A DNA stretch of 64,000 nt from Fidelibacterota bacterium. GTDB taxonomy: Bacteria; Fidelibacterota; Marinisomatia; Marinisomatales; UBA1611. Positions 10,497 to 19,400 of the stretch are shown here, in pieces (position 1 is the first letter of the stretch; every line of letters starts with the position of its first letter). The notes under the pieces were generated by a model. The model had not been told where the DNA came from, ran no database searches, and worked only from the letters and a program-made list of their open reading frames with translations. The stretch spans positions 52,690 to 116,689 of the forward strand of contig PAPB01000004.1 of NCBI GenBank assembly GCA_002708715.1, given 5' to 3'. A program made the translations under genes and the position numbers.

Positions 10497-11354
10497 ATGA
10501 AGCTCTCACATATAACTACATTTTATGTATTACAAATCTTCAGAAAGTTTGTTTTAACCCTTTCTGCAAAAAGACGATATAATTTATCTTTAAAATTTGC
10601 ATCTATATTATTTAACCACACAAACATAAGAAAAGATCAAGCACGAAAAAATATTAAACGAGCATTTCCAAAAATAAATAATGCATTATTAGAAAAATTA
10701 CTTAAAAAATCATATCAAAATTTTTTCCATAATTTTATAGAACTCATTGCCTTTCCTAGAACTTTTGATGATATTACAATTAAAGTGAAAGGAAAAGAAA
10801 CGCTTCTATCTCAACTAAAAAAAAATAAAGGAATAATATTTATTTCTGGACATTTCGGTGCATGGGAAATTTTAGGTCAATGGGTTGCTAAAAATGTACC
10901 ATTATTTGTAGGAGTAGCCCAAAAACAAAAAAATAAAGGAGCGCATAAATTCTTTATTAAGCAAAGAGAATTACCTGGAACAAAACATATTTTTAGAGGA
11001 GAATCAAAAGAAAAAATGTATAATGTGCTTTCTAATAATGGTCTTCTTGGCTTAGTGAGCGATCAAGATGCAAAAAAGAGCGGCGTTTTTGTAAAATTTT
11101 TTAATATACAAGCATCAACTCCAAAAGGTGCTGCAATATTTCATTTAAAAACATCTTCTCCAATGCTTTTTGGGATATGCTATAAAGAAACCTTTCAAAA
11201 ATATATTATTGAATTTTCAATTATTAATACCAATAAAAAGGACATAAAGCATATTACCCAAGACTATACTACTCAATTAGAAAATTATATAAAAAAATAT
11301 CCTGACCAATATTTTTGGTTTCACCGAAGATGGAAAACTAAACCTAACAAATGA
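10497..11354 (+). CDS. Lipid A biosynthesis late acyltransferase (LpxL/HtrB family)
   Basis: LPLAT-type 'SGHFGAWE' (Hx4E) box, 'LVSDQDA', and C-terminal 'YPDQYFWFHRRWK', typical of LpxL/LpxM-like enzymes. Confidence 0.7.
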   Translation: MKLSHITTFYVLQIFRKFVLTLSAKRRYNLSLKFASILFNHTNIRKDQARKNIKRAFPKINNALLEKLLKKSYQNFFHNFIELIAFPRTFDDITIKVKGKETLLSQLKKNKGIIFISGHFGAWEILGQWVAKNVPLFVGVAQKQKNKGAHKFFIKQRELPGTKHIFRGESKEKMYNVLSNNGLLGLVSDQDAKKSGVFVKFFNIQASTPKGAAIFHLKTSSPMLFGICYKETFQKYIIEFSIINTNKKDIKHITQDYTTQLENYIKKYPDQYFWFHRRWKTKPNK

Positions 11355-11920
11355 ATAAATTAATTCATTGTAATAATTCCGAAGCAATTAAAAAAACATG
11401 TCAGGTTTTACAAAAAGGTGGAATCATAATATATCCAACAGATACTATATATGGTTTAGGCTGTGATGCAAAAAATGAAACTGCCATTAAAAAAATAAAT
11501 AAAATAAAAAATAGAATAGGCCCGATGAGTGTAATCGCACCAAATAAAAAAACAGCCTTAGCTTGGATGAAAGTAAATAAAAATATGATATTAAAAATTA
11601 AGAATAAAATTAAGAATGGGAATACAGTCATTGTACCAATAAAAAAGGATGTTTGTTCAAATATAATTACAGGTAATAATCATTCATTAGGTATTCGTAT
11701 ACCAGAACACTCTTTTTGTAAAAATTTAACAAAAAGATATCCTAATCCTATTACTACTACAAGTGTTAATCAGACTGGACAACAACCATTTACCAACCCT
11801 GCTAATATTTTTAATTATTTTTCAAAAATGGTTGACCTAATCATTGAAGATGGAATTATTGTTGGAAATGGTTCAAAAATATTCCTTCTAAAAAATAAAA
11901 TTTGGGAACAATTACGTTGA
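11351..11920 (+). CDS. tsaC: L-threonylcarbamoyladenylate synthase (YrdC/TsaC type)
   Basis: 'GGIIIYPTDTIYGLGCDA', 'K.R....P..V', 'LGIRIPEH', 'ITTTSVNQTGQ'; about 189 aa single-domain form. Confidence 0.8.
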   Translation: MNKLIHCNNSEAIKKTCQVLQKGGIIIYPTDTIYGLGCDAKNETAIKKINKIKNRIGPMSVIAPNKKTALAWMKVNKNMILKIKNKIKNGNTVIVPIKKDVCSNIITGNNHSLGIRIPEHSFCKNLTKRYPNPITTTSVNQTGQQPFTNPANIFNYFSKMVDLIIEDGIIVGNGSKIFLLKNKIWEQLR

Positions 11921-12624
11921 TTAAAATAATAATTTTTTATTTTTTTATTACTTTAACATTTTGTCAAAATTCCCCTATACAAATAGGTGAAAAGTTACTT
12001 TTCAATGCTTCTTTTACAGGTATTAATGCAGCAAATGCTAGCCTAGAAGTAATACAAAAAACAATTATTGAAAAACAAAATGTATATCACATAAAATTTC
12101 TAGCAAAAAGTACAGGTATCATAAATTATGTTTTCCCAATTAATGATGAAATCAACCTATGGTTGAATGTAGAAACGCTATTACCTGTAAAAATTCATGA
12201 AAATATCAAAGAAGGAAAATTTAAAAAATCGCAAACAATAATATTTAATCATAAAAAAGGTTACGCCATAATTAACAATGATAGTATAAAAATAGATACA
12301 ACCACACAATCACCATATTCACTTTTTTATTTTTTTCGAAAACAAAACATAATGGATTTTAAAAATAAAAATATCACTCTAATCCAGAATAGTAAAACTA
12401 TAAATCTAGAATTAGATATTGAGGAAAATGAAAACATTACTGTTCCTGCTGGTCAATATACATGTTCACGAATATCACCAAAAAGAAAAGATAAAAAACA
12501 ATTTAAAAATAAAGCCGAAATGGATATTTTACTTTCTAATGATATTTATAAATACCCAATTAAAATTTGGTTAAACTTAAAGTTTGGCTCTTTAATTCTA
12601 GAGCTAAAAAAAATTATTAATTAA
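11902..12624 (+). CDS. Secreted hypothetical protein, DUF3108-like
   Basis: Signal peptide LIKIIIFYFFITLTFC, beta-rich. There is no ATG, so the start must be TTG at 11902 or TTG at 11917 (TTGA overlap with the tsaC stop). The family call is a weak impression only. Confidence 0.45.
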   Translation: MGTITLIKIIIFYFFITLTFCQNSPIQIGEKLLFNASFTGINAANASLEVIQKTIIEKQNVYHIKFLAKSTGIINYVFPINDEINLWLNVETLLPVKIHENIKEGKFKKSQTIIFNHKKGYAIINNDSIKIDTTTQSPYSLFYFFRKQNIMDFKNKNITLIQNSKTINLELDIEENENITVPAGQYTCSRISPKRKDKKQFKNKAEMDILLSNDIYKYPIKIWLNLKFGSLILELKKIIN

Positions 12625-13786
12625 ATAGTCTTGTTATATCTTGTAGTATAACAGTTGCCATAAGCATAAACAATAATGCCATCCCAACTTGTTGAATCAT
12701 AATTCTTGTTTTAAGAGCTAAGGGTTTTCTAATAATACCTTCAATTAAATGTAGAAAAATATGACCACCATCAAGCCCTGGAATAGGTAAAATATTTAAA
12801 AAAGCGAGATTAACACTTAAAAGAGCCATAAAAGTTAAAAATGGAGTTAAACCTGCTTCAGCTGTTTGCCCTGCCAATTGTGCAATCATAATAGGGCCAC
12901 CTAAATCAGATATCGATGCAGCTCCAGATCCTAACATACGTAAACTATATACTATTAAACCAAAACTTGATATTGTACGTTCAATGCCCAAAACAAAAGC
13001 ATCTGAAATAGAAATATCTTTAAAATAAACTTCAGGTGCAATTCCAATAATGCCAATGGTATCTATAGTATTTTTTATTGGAACAGCATATTCTGATGTT
13101 TTTATTACTAAATCCAGCTTTTCTGAACCTCTTTGTATTTTAAAGTTTAATCTGGTATTAGGCTGTGCATGAATAACTTTTGTAAGACTTTCCCATGAAT
13201 CAATAGGTTTTGTATCTATCTCAAGAATCCGATCACCAGGACGAATCCCTGCCTTTTCAGCTGGCATATTTTTTTGAATCTCAAAAACAGTCGGCTCATC
13301 TTTTGTCTCAGGAATACCATTATAATATCCAAGAAGAGAAAAAATAATTATCGCCAATAAAGTATTCATCAGTACTCCAGCACTAAGAATCCATATCTTT
13401 TCCCAAAGATTTTTAGACATAAATTCATCTTCATCATGATTTAAATTAGTATCCATACTCTCATCAATCATCCCCGCCATTTTAACATAGCCACCAAGAG
13501 GAAGTAACGCTATGATATATTCTGTATTAGAACCTAATCGATTAGGATAAGAGAAGACTTTAGATATTATTGGTTGCCATTTTAAACGACCATTTAAACG
13601 TTTGAAGAAAAAAATATTTAAAAGAAAACCATTATCAATTGATGTAAGAGTAAATAATCTTGGAGGAACCCCTATCGAAAACCTCTCGACTCGAACACCT
13701 ACGGATCTGGCTGCGATAAAATGTCCAAACTCATGTATAGTAACTAAGACACCAAGAAGAATTATAAATGCATATAAAGTAGTCAT
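12617..13786 (-). CDS. rseP: RIP site-2 zinc metalloprotease RseP (M50)
   Basis: 'HEFGHF' HExxH in the first TM region, one PDZ region ('PAEKAGIRPGDRILEID'), and C-terminal 'NLAFLNILPIPGLDGGH'. Confidence 0.9.
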   Translation of the reverse strand: MTTLYAFIILLGVLVTIHEFGHFIAARSVGVRVERFSIGVPPRLFTLTSIDNGFLLNIFFFKRLNGRLKWQPIISKVFSYPNRLGSNTEYIIALLPLGGYVKMAGMIDESMDTNLNHDEDEFMSKNLWEKIWILSAGVLMNTLLAIIIFSLLGYYNGIPETKDEPTVFEIQKNMPAEKAGIRPGDRILEIDTKPIDSWESLTKVIHAQPNTRLNFKIQRGSEKLDLVIKTSEYAVPIKNTIDTIGIIGIAPEVYFKDISISDAFVLGIERTISSFGLIVYSLRMLGSGAASISDLGGPIMIAQLAGQTAEAGLTPFLTFMALLSVNLAFLNILPIPGLDGGHIFLHLIEGIIRKPLALKTRIMIQQVGMALLFMLMATVILQDITRLFN

Positions 13787-13829
13787 GACTTGTTAATATA
13801 CAACAATAACAAAACTTTGTTCCAATAAG

Positions 13830-14975
13830 TTAAAATTTTGCAACATAATCTTTCACCCACATATTTAAATCATGTAAATCATCTAACTGAGGGTGTTGGA
13901 CCCAAGGATGGTTATCTATTACAGATTCATTAATATTAAATATATCTGTAAAAATAATTTCATGATTTAAAAACTTATTAACTGAATAATCATTTGCTAG
14001 GTTTAATGCTGCGGACGCACTTCCTGAAAGAGATAATGCTTTAAAAGCTAATTTCAAAGAAGGAAATCTTTCATAGTCTGGACCATGAAAAGTTAAATCT
14101 ACACAATTTATAAAATCTAATTTTTTCCATGATGATTGCAAATGACTTGGATAAGTTAAAGCATATTGGATAGGGACTTTCATATCTGGAACACCCATCT
14201 GAGCCTTTATAGAACCATCTTTAAATTCAACCATCGAATGAATTATAGATTGTGGATGAATAACTATATCAATTTTCTCAGGTTTTAACTCAAATAACCA
14301 ATGAGCCTCTATTACTTCTAAGCATTTATTCATCATAGTAGCACTATCAATCGTTATCTTTCTACCCATATCCCAATTAGGGTGTTTAAGTGCTTCTTCA
14401 ATAGATATATCATCAAAAGTATTAAGATTCCGCAATCTAAATGGGCCACCACTTCCTGTTAGTATAATTCTTTGAATATCTTCAAAATTTTCACCTACTA
14501 AACATTGCCATATAGCAGAGTGCTCACTATCTACTGGAAATATTTTTGCACCAGTTTTTTTCATAGATTCTTTAATAAGTGCTCCAGCCATTACTAAGCT
14601 TTCTTTATTAGCTAAAGCAACATTAATACCAGAATTTAAAGCAGACAATGTAGGTTCCATACCCGCTGCTCCAACTAAACCATTTAACATAATATCAACA
14701 TCTTTTCTTCTTGAAATTTCAAGTAACCCCTCTCTACCAACTAATAATTCGACATCGTTTGTGTTTAATTCAGTTTTAATTTTTTTATAAAATATATCAT
14801 CAACAATACAAATTGATTTTGGTTTAAATAGTTTAGTCTGTTGTATCAACAAATTAAAATTTGTATTTGCAGTTAGATATTGTATTTTTATTTCTTCTTT
14901 TAAATGTTTTGCAATCCTAAGTGCATTTACACCAATAGATCCTGTTGAGCCTAATATTGATAAATGTTTTATCAT
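13830..14975 (-). CDS. dxr: 1-deoxy-D-xylulose-5-phosphate reductoisomerase
   Basis: 'ILGSTGSIG', 'LANKESLV', 'PVDSEHSAI', 'LTGSGGPF', 'HPNWDMGRKITIDSATMMNK'. Confidence 0.9.
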   Translation of the reverse strand: MIKHLSILGSTGSIGVNALRIAKHLKEEIKIQYLTANTNFNLLIQQTKLFKPKSICIVDDIFYKKIKTELNTNDVELLVGREGLLEISRRKDVDIMLNGLVGAAGMEPTLSALNSGINVALANKESLVMAGALIKESMKKTGAKIFPVDSEHSAIWQCLVGENFEDIQRIILTGSGGPFRLRNLNTFDDISIEEALKHPNWDMGRKITIDSATMMNKCLEVIEAHWLFELKPEKIDIVIHPQSIIHSMVEFKDGSIKAQMGVPDMKVPIQYALTYPSHLQSSWKKLDFINCVDLTFHGPDYERFPSLKLAFKALSLSGSASAALNLANDYSVNKFLNHEIIFTDIFNINESVIDNHPWVQHPQLDDLHDLNMWVKDYVAKF

Positions 14976-15637
14976 TAAAAGAATTCTTTATTAAAAAGTA
15001 ATGAAAAAAATATTCTATTCTTATTCATCTTTGTTTCTATTCCAATATTAAATTTTTGGATAGGTAAAATAACACTAAAAAATAAAAAATTAATCTGGCC
15101 TGATTTATTTTTTAATGAATTAGTATTTTCTGAATAATTATGTTTTTTAAAAAAACTTGTTCCAGAACCCAATCTATAGGATAATATCTTATATTGAAAC
15201 CATTTAGATATATCAAATGTAAGGTTAGATATATAAAAATATTTTAAAACTTTCATATCAACACGTCTCAAAGAAGTTACCCATTCCAAAGTATCAATAG
15301 CACCAAAGAAATATTGAGCACCAGATCCTATTACCTGTAAAGATGATTCTTCTAAATTTTTAGCAAAAACACTGGCCATAAGAACCAAATTTTTACTTAC
15401 CTTAAAACCAAAGCCTATATCAGGATAATAATTAATCTTATTATTATTTGATAATAAAGAAAAATTATTATGAAATGTAAAACGATTTTTATTTAAAGGA
15501 TTAATAACATAAGAATGACTTAACCAAAATGATGCTATTTCAATTGGAACGTTTTTAATTGTATAATTAGAAGCTCTTATTGTTATAGAAGACAAAAGGA
15601 AGATACCTATTATATAAAATCGAATTAATATACTCAC
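14975..15637 (-). CDS. Small outer-membrane beta-barrel-like hypothetical protein
   Basis: GTG start, signal peptide, alternating hydrophobic beta pattern, C-terminal '...FNKEFF' aromatic end. Its stop overlaps the dxr start (TAATG). It sits between lpxA and dxr. Confidence 0.5.
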   Translation of the reverse strand: MSILIRFYIIGIFLLSSITIRASNYTIKNVPIEIASFWLSHSYVINPLNKNRFTFHNNFSLLSNNNKINYYPDIGFGFKVSKNLVLMASVFAKNLEESSLQVIGSGAQYFFGAIDTLEWVTSLRRVDMKVLKYFYISNLTFDISKWFQYKILSYRLGSGTSFFKKHNYSENTNSLKNKSGQINFLFFSVILPIQKFNIGIETKMNKNRIFFSLLFNKEFF

Positions 15638-15644
15638 AAATACT

Positions 15645-16439
15645 TTAAATAATGCCTCTTTCAGAAAGTTTAATAAAATTTAGAATATTTTTGACAATCT
15701 TATCATTTGGATATCGAGATTTAATGACTTCTATTGCCATTTTTCTATTATTAGCAGATCGAAAAAATATATTATATACATCTTTTATTAATTTTCTATT
15801 TTCAAGAGAAAACCCTCGTCTTTTCAAACCAATATTATTTATACCATGAAATTTTAATGGACTATCAGCCGCTAGAATATAAGGTGGTATATCTTGTACA
15901 ACTCTGAAGCCACCACCAATAAAAGCATGTTCACCAATCTTAGTAAATTGATGAACTAAAACACCTCCTCCCAAAACAGCCCAATTACCAATTTCTACAT
16001 GCCCCCCAAGCGTTGCTAAATTAGATAAAATGGCGTTATCACCAACTAAACAATCATGGGCAACATGAGTGGATGCCATTAGTAAAACATTTGAACCGAC
16101 TTGTGTTTTACCTATCGCACGAGTTCCTCTATTTATAGTAACAAATTCCCTAATTATAGTGTTTTCACCTATTATTGTCTTAGTTTTTTCACCATCAAAT
16201 TTTAAATCTTGAGGGATCTCCCCTATTGAACTTGAATGAAAAATTTTACAGTTTTTACCTATAATAGTATTATCACAAATTGTAACATTATTCCCAATAT
16301 CGCAATTATCTCCAATCCTTACATTTGGGCCAAGAATTGAATAAGGGCCAATTTTTATATTTGATCCTAGAATAGTTGTTTTATCAACAATCGCGGTAGG
16401 GTGTATTATACTAGAAATATTATTCTCGAACTCTATCAA
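15645..16439 (-). CDS. lpxA: UDP-N-acetylglucosamine O-acyltransferase
   Basis: Left-handed beta-helix hexapeptide repeats after 'IHPTAIV'; 'HVAHDC.VGD'; 'G.N..GL.RRGF' C-terminal helical domain. TTG start, overlapping the fabZ 3' end by 20 nt. Confidence 0.9.
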   Translation of the reverse strand: MIEFENNISSIIHPTAIVDKTTILGSNIKIGPYSILGPNVRIGDNCDIGNNVTICDNTIIGKNCKIFHSSSIGEIPQDLKFDGEKTKTIIGENTIIREFVTINRGTRAIGKTQVGSNVLLMASTHVAHDCLVGDNAILSNLATLGGHVEIGNWAVLGGGVLVHQFTKIGEHAFIGGGFRVVQDIPPYILAADSPLKFHGINNIGLKRRGFSLENRKLIKDVYNIFFRSANNRKMAIEVIKSRYPNDKIVKNILNFIKLSERGII

Positions 16440-16884
16440 CTAGATTAGCTGAAAATTTTGCTTCTGCAACAACTATATCATCAACTTTACATATACCATG
16501 AAATTTACATAGATTCAATTTTTTCTTTATAAGAGTCATGTGCACTTTTAATTGATCTCCTGGAGTAATGGGCCTTCGAAATTTTGCACTATCTACAGCT
16601 GAAAAGAACATATTCATAGATAAAGGATCGTCTACTTGACTAAGCATCAAAAATGATCCTGCTTGTGCCATTATTTCTAAAGATAAAACACCTGGCATAA
16701 CTGGTTGCCCTGGAAAATGACCTTGAAAAAAAGGTTCGTTTATAGTCAAGTTTTTCAAAGCTATAAGCGCCTTTCCAGGATCAGTTATCTTAATACGATC
16801 TATCAAAATAAAAGGATACCTATGAGGTAAAACCTTAATAATATCATTAATATTAAATTCAACTTTATTTTTAAATTGATTCAT
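16420..16884 (-). CDS. fabZ: 3-hydroxyacyl-ACP dehydratase
   Basis: 'LPHRYPFILIDR', 'NEPFFQGHFPGQPVMPGVL.LE.MAQ'. Confidence 0.9.
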   Translation of the reverse strand: MNQFKNKVEFNINDIIKVLPHRYPFILIDRIKITDPGKALIALKNLTINEPFFQGHFPGQPVMPGVLSLEIMAQAGSFLMLSQVDDPLSMNMFFSAVDSAKFRRPITPGDQLKVHMTLIKKKLNLCKFHGICKVDDIVVAEAKFSANLVDRVRE

Positions 16885-16888
16885 AATT

Positions 16889-17833
16889 TTATTCCGACCT
16901 AAGTTCTTGTAATTCTTTTGTATAATGTTTTTTTAATTTTTTTACAAACTCAACATTACTTGCATGACCTGCTCTAGCAGCTGTTACATGACCTTTAATA
17001 GGGAAACCCAATAACGCCAAATCTCCAATTAAATCTAAAGTTTTATGTCTTACTGGTTCATTTTTAAATCTTAATACTTTTCCATTTAAAATCCCATTAG
17101 CGCCCTGAATAATATTATGTTCAATTCCAAATAAATCTTTCAAACGATCCATCTCGATAGAATCAATTTCTTTGTCAATAATAACCACTGCATTTTCTAG
17201 ACCACCACCTTTTATTAAACCTTGTTCTTTAAGCATCTCTACTTCACTTAAAAAACAAAAAGTTCTAGCGGGTGCTACTTCAAATGCAAAATCTTCCTCC
17301 ATATTATAAATTGCTTCATATTGAGTTCCTAACGCTGTAAGAGGATATTCTACCATAAAAGTTATCCTAAACCGATCTGAAGGAATAACATGTAAATCGA
17401 TATCTCTATATGAATTAGTATAATTAACGGCACGTGTAATTTCTAGTACTTTCCTTTTTTCTTTTTGAATTTTTATACCCGCTTTAATAAGACACTCAAC
17501 AAAGTCTTTTGCACTACCATCCATAACTGGAGGTTCTTTACCATTTAATTCAATAAGAATATTATCTAATCTTAAACCACTTACAGCAGCAAGTGCATGC
17601 TCCACTGTATGAATTCTAACATCATTTTCTTCGATGGTAGTCCCTCTTGATATATCAACAACATGATCAATATCAGCTTTGATCTCCATACAATTAGGAA
17701 TATCAGATCTAATAAAACGAATTCCAAAATTTTCTGGTGCAGGATGAAAAGTAATAACAGTTTTTACACCTGTATGAAGTCCGACTCCTTCACATGATTG
17801 AGATGTCCTTATTGTTCTTTGATTACGTTCCAT
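16889..17833 (-). CDS. lpxC: UDP-3-O-acyl-GlcNAc deacetylase
   Basis: 'QRTI......GVGLHTG', 'TVEHALAA', 'EPVRHKTLDLIGDLAL', 'AGHA.N'. A separate gene lying 4 nt upstream of fabZ. Confidence 0.9.
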   Translation of the reverse strand: MERNQRTIRTSQSCEGVGLHTGVKTVITFHPAPENFGIRFIRSDIPNCMEIKADIDHVVDISRGTTIEENDVRIHTVEHALAAVSGLRLDNILIELNGKEPPVMDGSAKDFVECLIKAGIKIQKEKRKVLEITRAVNYTNSYRDIDLHVIPSDRFRITFMVEYPLTALGTQYEAIYNMEEDFAFEVAPARTFCFLSEVEMLKEQGLIKGGGLENAVVIIDKEIDSIEMDRLKDLFGIEHNIIQGANGILNGKVLRFKNEPVRHKTLDLIGDLALLGFPIKGHVTAARAGHASNVEFVKKLKKHYTKELQELRSE

Positions 17834-17855
17834 AAAAAATTTTATTTAAAGTAGA

Positions 17856-18854
17856 TTAAATTAAACTATCAATTTTATCTTTCAATTTACCAAGTTGATT
17901 TATCATTGCCTGTCTTTTATTATGTTCTTTGATATTTCTTGCAGGAAATCCAGCATATACTTTTCCACCTTTTAAAGATTTGGTAACTCCTGATTTTGAT
18001 GCCACTATTGAATTATTTCCAATTTTTAAATGTGGTGCAACACCTACCTGACCTGCGAAAGTACAATAATCTCCAATTTCTGAACTTCCAGCAATTGCAA
18101 AACCAGCAGTTAATAAACAGCCTCTTCCAATTTTTACATTATGTGCAATATGTACTAAGTTATCAATTTTAGTCATATCACCAATAATAGTACTACCAAT
18201 TGTTGCACGATCAATCGAACAATTAGATCCAATTTCTACATTATCTCCAATAATTACATTACCAGTTTGTGGTATTTTTTCATGTATATTATCAATAGTA
18301 ACATAACCAAAACCATCAACGCCAATTACAGTCCCACTATGTATAATAACATTGGAGCCAATAATTACATCATTATAAATAGAAATATTGGTATGTAATA
18401 CACTTTTTTTCCCTAAAGAAGAATTTTTACCTATTACAGTATTTGCACCAATCAAACATCCATTTCCAACAACAACACCACTTTCAATACATACCATTGG
18501 TCCAATAGACACATTATTACCTATTTTTGCATCTTTAGATATCACTGCTGTTTTATGAATAGATGGTTTTTGTTTCTTTGTGGGATAAAATAACTCGAGT
18601 GTTTTCGCGATAGCTAATTGTGGATTTTGAACAACAATACCCATTTGTCCTTTTTTTAATAAAGAAGATTTAGTTACAAAAATTGCATCTGCTTTAGTTT
18701 TATGTAAATATTTATTATAAAGAGGATTACTTAAGAAAGTTATAGTCCCTACTTTTGCATCTTGTATCTGTGAAACACCGATAATATGATGTTTATCATT
18801 ACCAACAATCTCTCCTTTTACAAAAGATGCAATCTGACCAAGGGTGAAATGCAA
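17856..18854 (-). CDS. lpxD: UDP-3-O-acylglucosamine N-acyltransferase
   Basis: N-terminal uridine-binding region followed by about 25 hexapeptide repeats, and a C-terminal helix. Position between skp and lpxC. TTG start, with no ATG available. Confidence 0.9.
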   Translation of the reverse strand: MHFTLGQIASFVKGEIVGNDKHHIIGVSQIQDAKVGTITFLSNPLYNKYLHKTKADAIFVTKSSLLKKGQMGIVVQNPQLAIAKTLELFYPTKKQKPSIHKTAVISKDAKIGNNVSIGPMVCIESGVVVGNGCLIGANTVIGKNSSLGKKSVLHTNISIYNDVIIGSNVIIHSGTVIGVDGFGYVTIDNIHEKIPQTGNVIIGDNVEIGSNCSIDRATIGSTIIGDMTKIDNLVHIAHNVKIGRGCLLTAGFAIAGSSEIGDYCTFAGQVGVAPHLKIGNNSIVASKSGVTKSLKGGKVYAGFPARNIKEHNKRQAMINQLGKLKDKIDSLI

Positions 18855-18855
18855 T

Positions 18856-19383
18856 TTAATCGTTTGATTTTAGATTGCGCAATTGATGTAACACATCATC
18901 TGTCATATCATACTTTGGTTTAAAATAAAGCAAACCGACTGATGCATCAATTATATAATCATAACCACCATCAATAGCTACTTTATCAACAGCTTTTTTA
19001 ACTTTCCCTAAAATCTCATATTCCATTTGTGCTTGTTTTCGCATCAGTTCTCCTTGGGGACCAACTTTTTCAGCTTGGTATCTTTGTATAGCTTGTTCCA
19101 TTTGAATTAACTCTTGCTTAATACTTTCGCCTTTATCTAAAGCCATAAGACGCTTAACCTCATAATCTTGTTTCAAACTATCCATTTTAAGTACCATTTT
19201 ATCAAATTCTGTCTGCACCTTACCATATTCTAATTGCAATTGAGATTCAGCCTCTTTGAATTCTTCAAATTCAGTTCTAATTCTTTCAGAAAGCACATAT
19301 CCAATCTTAAGCTGAGCAAAGGCTATTGAAGTAGTAGATATAAATATGCATAAAAAGATAAAAAAATTAAAATATTTTTTCAA
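18856..19383 (-). CDS. skp: Periplasmic chaperone Skp/OmpH
   Basis: 175 aa, signal peptide, long coiled-coil-like K/E/Q-rich core. Canonical bamA-skp-lpxD position. TTG start 6 nt after a perfect AAGGAG (19390-19395). Confidence 0.75.
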   Translation of the reverse strand: MKKYFNFFIFLCIFISTTSIAFAQLKIGYVLSERIRTEFEEFKEAESQLQLEYGKVQTEFDKMVLKMDSLKQDYEVKRLMALDKGESIKQELIQMEQAIQRYQAEKVGPQGELMRKQAQMEYEILGKVKKAVDKVAIDGGYDYIIDASVGLLYFKPKYDMTDDVLHQLRNLKSND

Positions 19384-19400
19384 AATTCACTCCTTTATTA

